From positions 19,987-83,986 of the IMG/VR virus record IMGVR_UViG_3300030100_000755: a stretch of DNA of 64,000 nucleotides. One strand, 5' to 3'. The position numbers were made by a program, and so were the translations under genes. How positions within the stretch are numbered: position 1 is the first letter of the stretch; each line of letters begins with the position of its first letter. Positions 56,431-64,000 of the stretch are shown here, in pieces. Source of the DNA: a virus. Its lineage: Duplodnaviria; Caudoviricetes. The notes below the pieces were generated by a model. The model was not told where the DNA came from, did not search any database, and saw only the letters and a program-made list of their open reading frames with translations.

Positions 56431-57008
56431 TGTTAAAACCAGAGTCGCTTAAAGCCAAACCGGCAGATAACTACGAAGATTTAAAGCGTCAATTTTTTGC
56501 ACTTAAAAAACTCTGCAAATTAAAGTTTAATCAATGCTCTGCTTACTCACGCAAGCTGGCAGAATACGACCGTGAATCTTTGATTGCGAGAAACGAGGCT
56601 CTAGACAGTGAGCGAGAAATGAATGCACAGTTAACTGCTGAGTTGGAAAAGGCTAATGAGCGTGTGAAGGAGTTGGAGAAAGATCTTAAAGAGAGCGAAG
56701 ATGACCTAGATGCTGCGGAACAGCAATTATCAAGCTACGAAAATGCACTAGAAGAAGTTCAAGCTGTTTTTGTTGATAGTGATGCTTGCCCACTTTTTGA
56801 ACCGTTCAATCCAAGAAACTTATCTGCTTGGCTAAACAAATTCGCCATAGAGAAGAAGATTGAATCCATAGATGAATTAAAAGGTAGCTGCAACATTTAT
56901 AAGGCGTTCCCTACCAACAAACATATTGCCAGAGAGTGCGTAACAGTGGAAGAAATAGACGCTTATCACTGGTCGCTCAAAGAACAACTACGAAAGGAGC
57001 AAGAGTGA
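56427..57008 (+). CDS. Mosaic coiled-coil hypothetical protein
   Basis: KANERV, LNKFAIEK and EQLRKEQE blocks. Confidence 0.65.
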   Translation: MMLKPESLKAKPADNYEDLKRQFFALKKLCKLKFNQCSAYSRKLAEYDRESLIARNEALDSEREMNAQLTAELEKANERVKELEKDLKESEDDLDAAEQQLSSYENALEEVQAVFVDSDACPLFEPFNPRNLSAWLNKFAIEKKIESIDELKGSCNIYKAFPTNKHIARECVTVEEIDAYHWSLKEQLRKEQE

Positions 57009-57250
57009 TGAACGGATTGCATTTTCAATTCAATAGCATATTTGGCAAAAGTTTATTCAAAGTTAGCGAATTCCGTTTCGGTGACGAGCAATACATAAAA
57101 GGTCACGACAAAGCACCACCTGAAGGAAAGGTTTTTGTATTGAAGTGCCGTTGTGGCTCGAATGAGTGGACTGATAATGGACGTACCATTAATGAGTATG
57201 AGTGCGACGGGTGTGGGCAATTTGTAACTGTGCTGGAGAGAAAGGAGTAA
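57008..57250 (+). CDS. Zn-ribbon protein
   Basis: Start ATG 57008; CRC...CDGC. Confidence 0.6.
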   Translation: MNGLHFQFNSIFGKSLFKVSEFRFGDEQYIKGHDKAPPEGKVFVLKCRCGSNEWTDNGRTINEYECDGCGQFVTVLERKE

Positions 57251-57255
57251 ACCCA

Positions 57256-57408
57256 ATGCTAACATTCAAATATTCCGAATTTGAGCACCTAATCCAATCT
57301 GACCCGCTTTATATGATTGCGGTTGGCTTGGCTATGGCTGTTTTGTGTTGTGGTACTACGTTGGCAGTAGCTGAGATTTTGAAACCGTTGATTAGGAGAA
57401 GAAAGTGA
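57256..57408 (+). CDS. Small membrane protein
   Basis: AAGGAG SD; MLTFKYSEF... with a TM segment. Confidence 0.5.
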   Translation: MLTFKYSEFEHLIQSDPLYMIAVGLAMAVLCCGTTLAVAEILKPLIRRRK

Positions 57409-57820
57409 GAGAAATTAAGTTTAGAGATTGTAAGGAGTAATAATGGATATGGCAGGTTTTCTTTTATTTATGTTTGGTTTTGGGGTTGGGATTATAGTTT
57501 TTTTTCTGCTCCTATTTTTGGCTATGGACTATTTTGATTAAGGGTATTAGTAATGATCAGACCAACAATGTCACACGCAATAGATAAAAAATCAATTAAT
57601 TGAGTTAATGAATAAGTATATCGACTACTTAGAGCAAGAGCTAGATAAAGCAATAGAGGTTATAGAGCAATCTGGTGTTGATTACGATGAATTTGAATGA
57701 TACACTAAGCCCCGTAACGCTCTCTAAGGGCATTTAAGCTATTCCTAGTCTGATTATATGGGTAATGCGATTAAATACTCTCAGGATTGATTACAGGGCT
57801 TATTATGAGGAGGATATTAT

Positions 57821-58324
57821 ATGACAACAGTGATTATAGATTTCAAAGATAAGAAAGTATTAGCAGATAAACAAACCACACAAATGTTCTACAAAGGCTC
57901 ATCTAAACATCTTAATGATAAATCTTTTGCTATTGATACTAATGATAAAATTCACAGACATGATGATATATTACTAACTGGTTCTGGTGATAGGGATGAG
58001 ATATTAAGACTAATTAGAATTTATAAAAACAGGGGTCATATTGTTGAACCTAACTTACCCGATGTTACCATAGCAGTGGTAAGAGCTAAAGGTGATGGGT
58101 TATTTATAGAGTTATATAATTCAGTAAAAGGTAAACATTTCTGGAACTCACCAACATGGGACTTGAAATTAATACAGGGTGATGATAATGTTATTACGTT
58201 TGGTTCTGGTGGTGACTATGCTATGGGTGCTATTAAAGCAGGGGTGTCATCAGAAGAAGCAATGATTGCAGCAAGTAAGTGTGATAAGTATACATCGTTT
58301 GAGTATGATGTGGTAAGGTTATAA
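57821..58324 (+). CDS. HslV/proteasome-beta-like Ntn hydrolase (copy 2)
   Basis: MTTV start, LAD, DKI, TGSG, FGSGG..A.GA, DKYTS. Confidence 0.7.
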   Translation: MTTVIIDFKDKKVLADKQTTQMFYKGSSKHLNDKSFAIDTNDKIHRHDDILLTGSGDRDEILRLIRIYKNRGHIVEPNLPDVTIAVVRAKGDGLFIELYNSVKGKHFWNSPTWDLKLIQGDDNVITFGSGGDYAMGAIKAGVSSEEAMIAASKCDKYTSFEYDVVRL

Positions 58325-58334
58325 GGAATGATTA

Positions 58335-58535
58335 ATGAAAGGTCTATTTAGTTATTCGTATGACTATTATCAGTGGGAATATTTAATTTGCGTATCTGAT
58401 AGTGAAAGTAAACTAAAAGATAAGTACAATGAGATTAAAGATGATGAAGAACTAGCTACTTGTGAGGGTAGACATAAGGAATTAGCAAGTAAAGAGATTC
58501 AACATTACATGATTAAAGAGGTGGAGGTGTTATGA
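58335..58535 (+). CDS. Hypothetical protein
   Basis: SD plus ORF. Confidence 0.55.
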   Translation: MKGLFSYSYDYYQWEYLICVSDSESKLKDKYNEIKDDEELATCEGRHKELASKEIQHYMIKEVEVL

Positions 58536-58629
58536 TAATCAGTGAAATAGACAAATCTTTATTTAAAGTATTCGCACAACAGAAATGTGGTGATGTATTT
58601 TACTGGTAATGTTTGGGGAGGATTGAAGA

Positions 58630-58857
58630 GTGAGTAACTGGTTAAAAGATTTGTTTACATTAAAACACAGACACAAATGGCAGGTTACACGTACAAACAG
58701 GTGGTACATTCCTACGCAGTATAAATGTGGGTGTGGTTGTATCAAGAGTATGGAAAAGGATGAGTCGTGCTGTACATTTGATTTTGTATGGGTTATTAAG
58801 GATTCAAGTGGGGAAATTATCGAGATAAGTAAACCTTTTGGGATGTTTGACCGGTGA
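58630..58857 (+). CDS. Hypothetical protein (Cys/His-rich)
   Basis: HRHKW...CGCGC. Confidence 0.55.
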   Translation: MSNWLKDLFTLKHRHKWQVTRTNRWYIPTQYKCGCGCIKSMEKDESCCTFDFVWVIKDSSGEIIEISKPFGMFDR

Positions 58858-59129
58858 AAATATATGAATACACAGATGATAGTTGGGTAGATGGTAGTGA
58901 AGATTGTCCTTGTTGTAGTGGAATGACATTTGAATGTTACAATGCAGTGGGTTGGTCGCAGAATGGTTCAGCAACAAGTATACACGATTTATATTCGCAA
59001 ATCATATTGTGTGATATTGTAGATGGGGATATTGAGCAGATTCCTTGTTATAATCCTTATGAGAGTTTTACGTTACAAGAATTGATGGATGTGATGAAGC
59101 GCAGGGAATTGGTGGCGGTGGAATTGTGA
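58854..59129 (+). CDS. Hypothetical protein
   Basis: GTGA-coupled. Confidence 0.55.
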   Translation: MKIYEYTDDSWVDGSEDCPCCSGMTFECYNAVGWSQNGSATSIHDLYSQIILCDIVDGDIEQIPCYNPYESFTLQELMDVMKRRELVAVEL

Positions 59130-59704
59130 TATTTAGAGGAGGATTTATCATGAACGAGATTAACTGGAAAGAAGGTGATATATTCCATTGGAGTTGGAAT
59201 GACGAGATGTTAGATACAGAACATTGTAAACTACAATCACAATCAGGAACATTATACTGGTGTTGTAGTAGGATAGGTGTTGTTAAAGGAGATAGGTTGG
59301 TAGATACTTATTGGTATTCGGATTCTAGTAGTAATAAAACATTCAGTAAAGATTACATCCAAGAAAACATGGAATTAGTTTTTATTGCAAATCAAGATGA
59401 CCTTGTTAAAGCAGACCCTTCTGAGAGGATGTATTACTTAGACGAGGACTGTGTGGATTTAAACCACCCTAATAATACGTCAGGTAATTTCTATATCCGT
59501 AAGGGCGCTAAAAAGAACCTAGATAAAATGAAACGTATAGTTCAACGCGATATTACACGTATGAGAAAGGAAATAGAGTATGAGTTACGTCAAATAGAAA
59601 GGCAAGAGTTGTTGTTACAAGAAGGGTTAACAGAAGAAGATGTGTTGTATGTAGACAGACGTAAAACAGACTTATGGGATAATAGTTATTATGATGAACG
59701 CTAA
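59126..59704 (+). CDS. Hypothetical protein
   Basis: Last gene of the plus-strand arm; the start may be ATG 59150. Confidence 0.65.
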   Translation: MIFRGGFIMNEINWKEGDIFHWSWNDEMLDTEHCKLQSQSGTLYWCCSRIGVVKGDRLVDTYWYSDSSSNKTFSKDYIQENMELVFIANQDDLVKADPSERMYYLDEDCVDLNHPNNTSGNFYIRKGAKKNLDKMKRIVQRDITRMRKEIEYELRQIERQELLLQEGLTEEDVLYVDRRKTDLWDNSYYDER

Positions 59705-60009
59705 ATAGGGGTGTGTAGTTGTGATATGGGGGGGGGTGGGTAATTGGGAATGATTAATTGGGAATGGGTGATGGTTGTGAGGTTTAAGTCATTAAAATTT
59801 TCAATGTGTGTGGGAAGTGGGTAAAAGGTACTGGTCAACCAGTACATAGGGGGATCATAGGGCTACCGCCTTGTCAACCCCAATACGATGAACGGCATAT
59901 AACAATATGACCTATACATAGCATATAAAAATAATTTTAAAATATTTATTGACATGATCCTATGTCGTAGTGTAGTGGCACATATTATACCAACAATATA
60001 ACAGGCACA

Positions 60010-60034
60010 AAAAAGCCCTAATAAACTAGGGCTT
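60010..60034 (-). terminator. Intrinsic terminator ending the early module
   Basis: AAGCCCTAG/TAGGGC followed by T6GTGCC. Confidence 0.75.
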
Positions 60035-60048
60035 GAATAGTTGATTAA

Positions 60049-60237
60049 TTAATATATGCCTCCCCATTCAGCTAACCACCATTGGCAACATTCCAGACTG
60101 TAAACGTGCTCACCCGTCATTAGTTCAAAGTATTCTATATATGACTTTACAGCACGATCATATTGTTCCGTTGGTAATGGCTTAGTTAGTAGGTCAAGCC
60201 TCATTATTGCTAATTCATTAATAATTGCAGTATTCAT
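60049..60237 (-). CDS. Early hypothetical protein
   Basis: AGAGGA SD plus ORF. Confidence 0.6.
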   Translation of the reverse strand: MNTAIINELAIMRLDLLTKPLPTEQYDRAVKSYIEYFELMTGEHVYSLECCQWWLAEWGGIY

Positions 60238-60311
60238 ACTCTATCCTCTTATTTAATCAATGTCACATCAAACGGCGTGCGATCTACTACTGTATACATA
60301 TTCTTTCTCCC

Positions 60312-60695
60312 TTATTTAATTAGTTCTATATAAAAAATACCGTCATATTTAACAGTGTATAATTGCTTCATAGCGAACAAATAAATACCATGTAATGCCC
60401 ACGCCGCCGCTACTGCTACCGATGATACCAATATGCCAACCATAACAAATAAAATCATATAGAACGGACCTATAAACGAGCATAGCGCGATAGCTAATAA
60501 CGTGATAATGAATACAGCAAGTAACCAAGCGCCACCGAAGTCATAGTCTTTTTTAATTTTAACAATTTTTGGCGCAATAGTAGGCTTATTTAAGTCACGT
60601 AGTGCAATGGTAAAGGCAACTTGATAATCGCCTACAATGTGACGAGTAAGGCGTGCTACGCGGTGAGCTTCTAAGAACTTGGCTTGGTTGTTCAT
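60312..60695 (-). CDS. Early membrane protein
   Basis: FLEAHRVAR...GDYQVAF N-terminus plus TM segments. Confidence 0.6.
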   Translation of the reverse strand: MNNQAKFLEAHRVARLTRHIVGDYQVAFTIALRDLNKPTIAPKIVKIKKDYDFGGAWLLAVFIITLLAIALCSFIGPFYMILFVMVGILVSSVAVAAAWALHGIYLFAMKQLYTVKYDGIFYIELIK

Positions 60696-60835
60696 GTTGT
60701 TTACCTTGGTTATTGATTAATTAACTTACATAGCTAAGTATACAGTTATATTCAGTTATTGCCAGTAAATACCTAATTATTTTTATATCGAAAAATGATA
60801 GTTGTATAACAATATGGAATATAGAATTATAGGCA

Positions 60836-60863
60836 CAAAAAAGGCGCATATTATAGCGCCCTT
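60836..60863 (-). terminator. Intrinsic terminator
   Basis: GGGCGC/GCGCC followed by T6GTGCC, the same tail as at 60010. Confidence 0.7.
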
Positions 60864-60875
60864 GGTTTAGTTCAA

Positions 60876-61091
60876 TTAATGCCAGTATTCAATAATGCGC
60901 TTCGTTTCATTAGTCACAATAATCGATCCATAACTTAATTTATATAGTCTATATTGTGTCTTTGGTATTTCACCTACAAAGTGAAAACAATCACTAGTTA
61001 AATAAGCATGGCTGTTTAAATACTTGGTTAACGCATCATAACTTTTATATTTTTCCATTAATTCTTGCGCTTCGGTTTTAACTTGAATCAT
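60876..61091 (-). CDS. Early hypothetical protein
   Basis: ORF track entry. Confidence 0.55.
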   Translation of the reverse strand: MIQVKTEAQELMEKYKSYDALTKYLNSHAYLTSDCFHFVGEIPKTQYRLYKLSYGSIIVTNETKRIIEYWH

Positions 61092-61097
61092 TGTTAT

Positions 61098-61445
61098 TTA
61101 CGCCTCACTTAGTAATTTATTTTTATTAATAATCACACCCGTTTCACATTGAATTATAAAATTAATATCAATAACTTTTTTAAGCAATGTATTTAAATGA
61201 TCATCGCTATAATTAGCGTAACCACCGACCCACTGATCTTGTGGGATACTGGCTTCAATAATCCGATCCTTTTGTTGTTGGCTTAAACTATGCCACAAGT
61301 TAAAACGAAAAGCGGTCTTATAACATTTAATGTTTTTATTCTGTTTTAAGCCTAACAAGTGAACCGTTAACTTATTTCTAATTTGTGGAGTTAGTAACGA
61401 TTCAATCGTATTTTTAAGCGGGTTAATACTTTTATAAAGTTTCAT
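61098..61445 (-). CDS. Early hypothetical protein
   Basis: FRFNLW...Y.DDHL.T.LKK pattern. Confidence 0.6.
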   Translation of the reverse strand: MKLYKSINPLKNTIESLLTPQIRNKLTVHLLGLKQNKNIKCYKTAFRFNLWHSLSQQQKDRIIEASIPQDQWVGGYANYSDDHLNTLLKKVIDINFIIQCETGVIINKNKLLSEA

Positions 61446-61541
61446 ATTTTCACCATTGTTATATTGTGACGTTTAAAAGAATTTTAATTATAGACTATAA
61501 ACAATTTAATTTGTGAATAGCCTATTGTTAAAAGCCTTTAT

Positions 61542-61658
61542 TTACTCGTAACGATTAAATTTGGATTGCCGTTGCTTTCTCGCTTGCTTAATCTGTTTAC
61601 GTTCTGATTTTGTTGGTTTACTTTGATTGTCGCGATCATAGCTTTTCGAGTTATACAT
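61542..61658 (-). CDS. Small Arg/Lys-rich peptide (38 aa)
   Basis: Own translation MYNSKSYDRDNQSKPTKSERKQIKQARKQRQSKFNRYE; GGAG SD. Confidence 0.5.
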   Translation of the reverse strand: MYNSKSYDRDNQSKPTKSERKQIKQARKQRQSKFNRYE

Positions 61659-61661
61659 TTT

Positions 61662-62060
61662 TTATACTCCACCTTCTTCTAATTGCTCCAGTTGTTCGTT
61701 AATTGCATTTTCTAAGTAATCGCAAACATCAGCATAAAAAGCCCAAAAAGCAAGCGCCATGTGTAAACCCGATAAACCATTGTTTTTCAATTCATGCTCT
61801 AAACAATCCGCGCCCATATTATCAATCATATAATCGTCATTAGAACTGATTTGTAAAATCGGCAAATGATACGCGTTGTATATTACATACTGATGCGAAT
61901 CAATGCTTTCATGTAAAACATGATCATATATTTTATCATTAATATTATCCGCGTTTACTTCTTCATTGTCACATTGTAGCGATTCAATTGCCTGTTCAAC
62001 AATTAGTGAAGCCATGTTTTCACATTCTTGATAATATTGCGCTGATGTAAGATTGTTCAT
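61662..62060 (-). CDS. Ocr-like acidic DNA-mimic protein (putative anti-restriction)
   Basis: About 25 Asp/Glu against 2 Lys and no Arg; helix pattern resembles T7 gp0.3; early location. Confidence 0.55.
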   Translation of the reverse strand: MNNLTSAQYYQECENMASLIVEQAIESLQCDNEEVNADNINDKIYDHVLHESIDSHQYVIYNAYHLPILQISSNDDYMIDNMGADCLEHELKNNGLSGLHMALAFWAFYADVCDYLENAINEQLEQLEEGGV

Positions 62061-62074
62061 AACTTTTTTTACCT

Positions 62075-62167
62075 TTATAAATTAACCAAAAATAAATGAA
62101 TCGTCATTACCATACAGCAAATGAAAACAATGTAAAGCAATACGTTTAATAATCTACTAAGTTTCAT
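62075..62167 (-). CDS. 30-aa hydrophobic peptide
   Basis: Own translation MKLSRLLNVLLYIVFICCMVMTIHLFLVNL, downstream of the conserved leader. Confidence 0.35.
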   Translation of the reverse strand: MKLSRLLNVLLYIVFICCMVMTIHLFLVNL

Positions 62168-62175
62168 TTATTTTA

Positions 62176-62242
62176 TATTCCAGTTGTTTAGTTGTGTCGT
62201 GTTGACGGTGAAAAGTATTAATTAGTTATTTTAATTTGTCAA
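62176..62242 (-). promoter_or_regulatory. Early promoter (TTGACA) plus conserved leader, copy 1
   Basis: CCGTCAA.AC.GACACAACTAAACAAC.GGAAT leader, duplicated at 62611-62650. Confidence 0.55.
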
Positions 62243-62609
62243 TAATTTTATTTAAATATATATAACATTGTTCGCCCTGATCACTGTTTGTATTATTCAA
62301 TATTAAACGCTTGGCTATATGTAACGCCGTTATCTCATCGCTACTTAATTCAACAAACAATTTGCGCGGATACTTATCTAATATTTCACTATTAGAAAAG
62401 CCTAATGATCTGGCGTAGTCGTAAGCCCTGGTAACATAATCTGTTTTATTTTCGTAAATGTTACCAACGGTATTGAAATCATTTAGTGATAGCAGATCAT
62501 TAACAACATAACGCCAATGCTTACCATATCTAACCAAGTATAAAGCATAACCACAAGTTTGTTTCGCTACTAATATAGTAGAATCGAATTCATTTAATTT
62601 CATTTTCAT
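62226..62609 (-). CDS. Early hypothetical protein
   Basis: First gene of the early module; directly follows the conserved leader. Confidence 0.65.
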   Translation of the reverse strand: MKMKLNEFDSTILVAKQTCGYALYLVRYGKHWRYVVNDLLSLNDFNTVGNIYENKTDYVTRAYDYARSLGFSNSEILDKYPRKLFVELSSDEITALHIAKRLILNNTNSDQGEQCYIYLNKIIDKLK

Positions 62610-62610
62610 A

Positions 62611-62680
62611 CATTCCGGTTGTTTAGTTGTGTCTGTATTGACGGTGTAAAGCCTAGCAAAATAAAAATGATATTGTGAAA
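62611..62680 (-). promoter_or_regulatory. Early promoter (TTCACA...TAGGCT) plus conserved leader, copy 2
   Basis: Same leader as at 62176. Confidence 0.5.
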
Positions 62681-62826
62681 TAACTTTTAGTTATATGGTT
62701 ATGTATTTTAGCAATATAATAGGTCTATATAAATATATAGCTATTTTAGCAGGTGGATTACACCAGGTTAACTTGGATCAAATGTCCCACTTTTTGACGT
62801 ATTCCAGCAAAATAATTTTAGTAGGT

Positions 62827-63835
62827 GAATAAGGTCACTTATGATTACGCAAGAAATAAGGTTACTTATGATTTATGTCGTCACTTATGAGCATGAAATA
62901 TATGTCCTTATGATTACGCAAGAAAGAATCGTTATAACTTATAAGCATAAAGTTATGTCCTTATGATCAGTCCTTATGATTTATGAATATGATTCATGTC
63001 ATTGTGTTTCGTTATGAATATTTTTCATGTGTTTAGTCGGTGTTGGTACATTTTAGTGTATGTACACGCCTTATGATTATGTCCCTTATGTATATGCCTT
63101 ATGATTACGTCCTATTCCCATGTTAATACTTATGAGCATAGAATAAGGTCACTTATGATTACGCAAGGAATTATTACAATTATGATTTATGTATACACAT
63201 ACGCCATATTTCCATGTCATTAATGATGATCATATAATAAGGTAACTTATGATATACGCCATTACTTATGATTACGCAAGGAATTATAACATTTATGAGC
63301 AAGTAGAACACGTCACTTATGTATACCAAAGAATACTATTCCAAAGTATACTGTCTCCAATAACAGACAGAAAAACCAAGTATACAAATATAACAACACT
63401 CCAATATAAGGCTCTCCGAAAAATTTTTAATTTACATAATATCACATACTCAAATCATGCCATAATAGCCTCTGTATGGCTCTGTAACGTCATTTATGAC
63501 CTATTCCCATACCAATGTATTATGTCATTACTTATGATTACGCAAGGAATTATAACATTTATGAGCATGGAATGAGGTCACTTATGATTTATGTCGTCAC
63601 TTATTTATAAGGCTATTTATGAGCATGGAATAAGGTCACTTATGATTACGCAAGTAAGTATAATATTTATGATTACGTAAGTAATATATGTCCCTTATGA
63701 GCACGACCAAATAATAATAAGATCAGGAGGGTTCGAGAAACAAAGTGTAGATGACATATTCTTACTATGCCTTATGATTACGCAAGTAATTATTGCGGGC
63801 ATACAATGCCTTATGATCATGCTAAAGCCTTATGA
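62827..63835 (+). repeat. Non-coding array of same-strand CTTATGA / CTTATGATTACGCAAG repeats
   Basis: 19 CTTATGA cores, 7 CTTATGATTACGCAAG copies, and one 42-bp perfect direct repeat (63260 and 63526). Confidence 0.9.
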
Positions 63836-64000
63836 TAATGAATTATATGACATATAATTTTTGCCTGATAGTTATAGCAATCGACATAGGCATATACAAT
63901 CTTTTCCCTTCCACCCCCCCCCTTTTTTTTTTATTATTATGTCGTGAAGTATATGTCAACTTGCTTAGGCTGTCGCCATATTTATATGACATAATAGGAA

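Noticed and set aside
32523-58745. Further shadow ORFs (32523, 35914, 36711, 37473, 38533, 43069, 47851, 49066, 49687, 52777, 53253, 55916, 56261, 57053, 58563)
   Set aside because: They overlap supported genes in another frame or on the other strand and have no recognisable motifs.
63249-63575. 108-aa ORF in the repeat array
   Set aside because: It overlaps the 42-bp repeats, has no SD, and its sequence is dictated by the repeats; likely spurious.
62827-63835. Repeat array as a CRISPR or mini-CRISPR array
   Set aside because: Repeats are short and degenerate with irregular spacing, the spacers are themselves repeat fragments, and no cas genes are present.
1-64000. Prophage or temperate lifestyle; diversity-generating retroelement; recoded genetic code
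   Set aside because: No integrase, repressor, host genes or reverse transcriptase in the window. Long genes read through under the standard code with ordinary stops. Genes outside the window cannot be excluded.

Overview
This window is about 64 kb of an AT-rich, apparently lytic, long-tailed dsDNA phage (siphovirus-type). The host is probably a marine gammaproteobacterium; this is an inference from gene content. On the minus strand, 1-33.5 kb carries the late block (HslV-like protein, PhoH, lectin-like fibre, portal, scaffold, capsid, neck, tail, tape measure, tail tip, fibre, lysis genes), followed by a T7-like primase-helicase and a family-B DNA polymerase. A lone small terminase sits on the plus strand inside this block. 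The plus strand from 34.3-59.7 kb carries a phage sigma factor, an HNH-type endonuclease, an intein-containing large terminase, and RNA-repair and nucleotide genes (Rnl2-like ligase, DEDD exonuclease, dNMP kinase, ThyX, an Rnl1 split by a GIY-YIG gene, PNKP). It also carries a Prs-like plus Nampt-like pair (NARP1-type NAD+ rebuilding), a Mesh1-like HD hydrolase, and a mosaic region of repeat-linked small genes. A short minus-strand early module (60-62.6 kb) includes an Ocr-like acidic protein and is followed by a 1-kb array of CTTATGA repeats. The most unusual observations are: three intergenic structured RNAs that share one closing stem, two ending in ACCA and one clearly tRNA-derived; an intact CheY-like receiver gene inside the lysis cassette; and an RNA ligase split within its catalytic domain. 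No integrase, repressor, rRNA or CRISPR array was seen. All family assignments come from motif recognition by eye, not from database searches.
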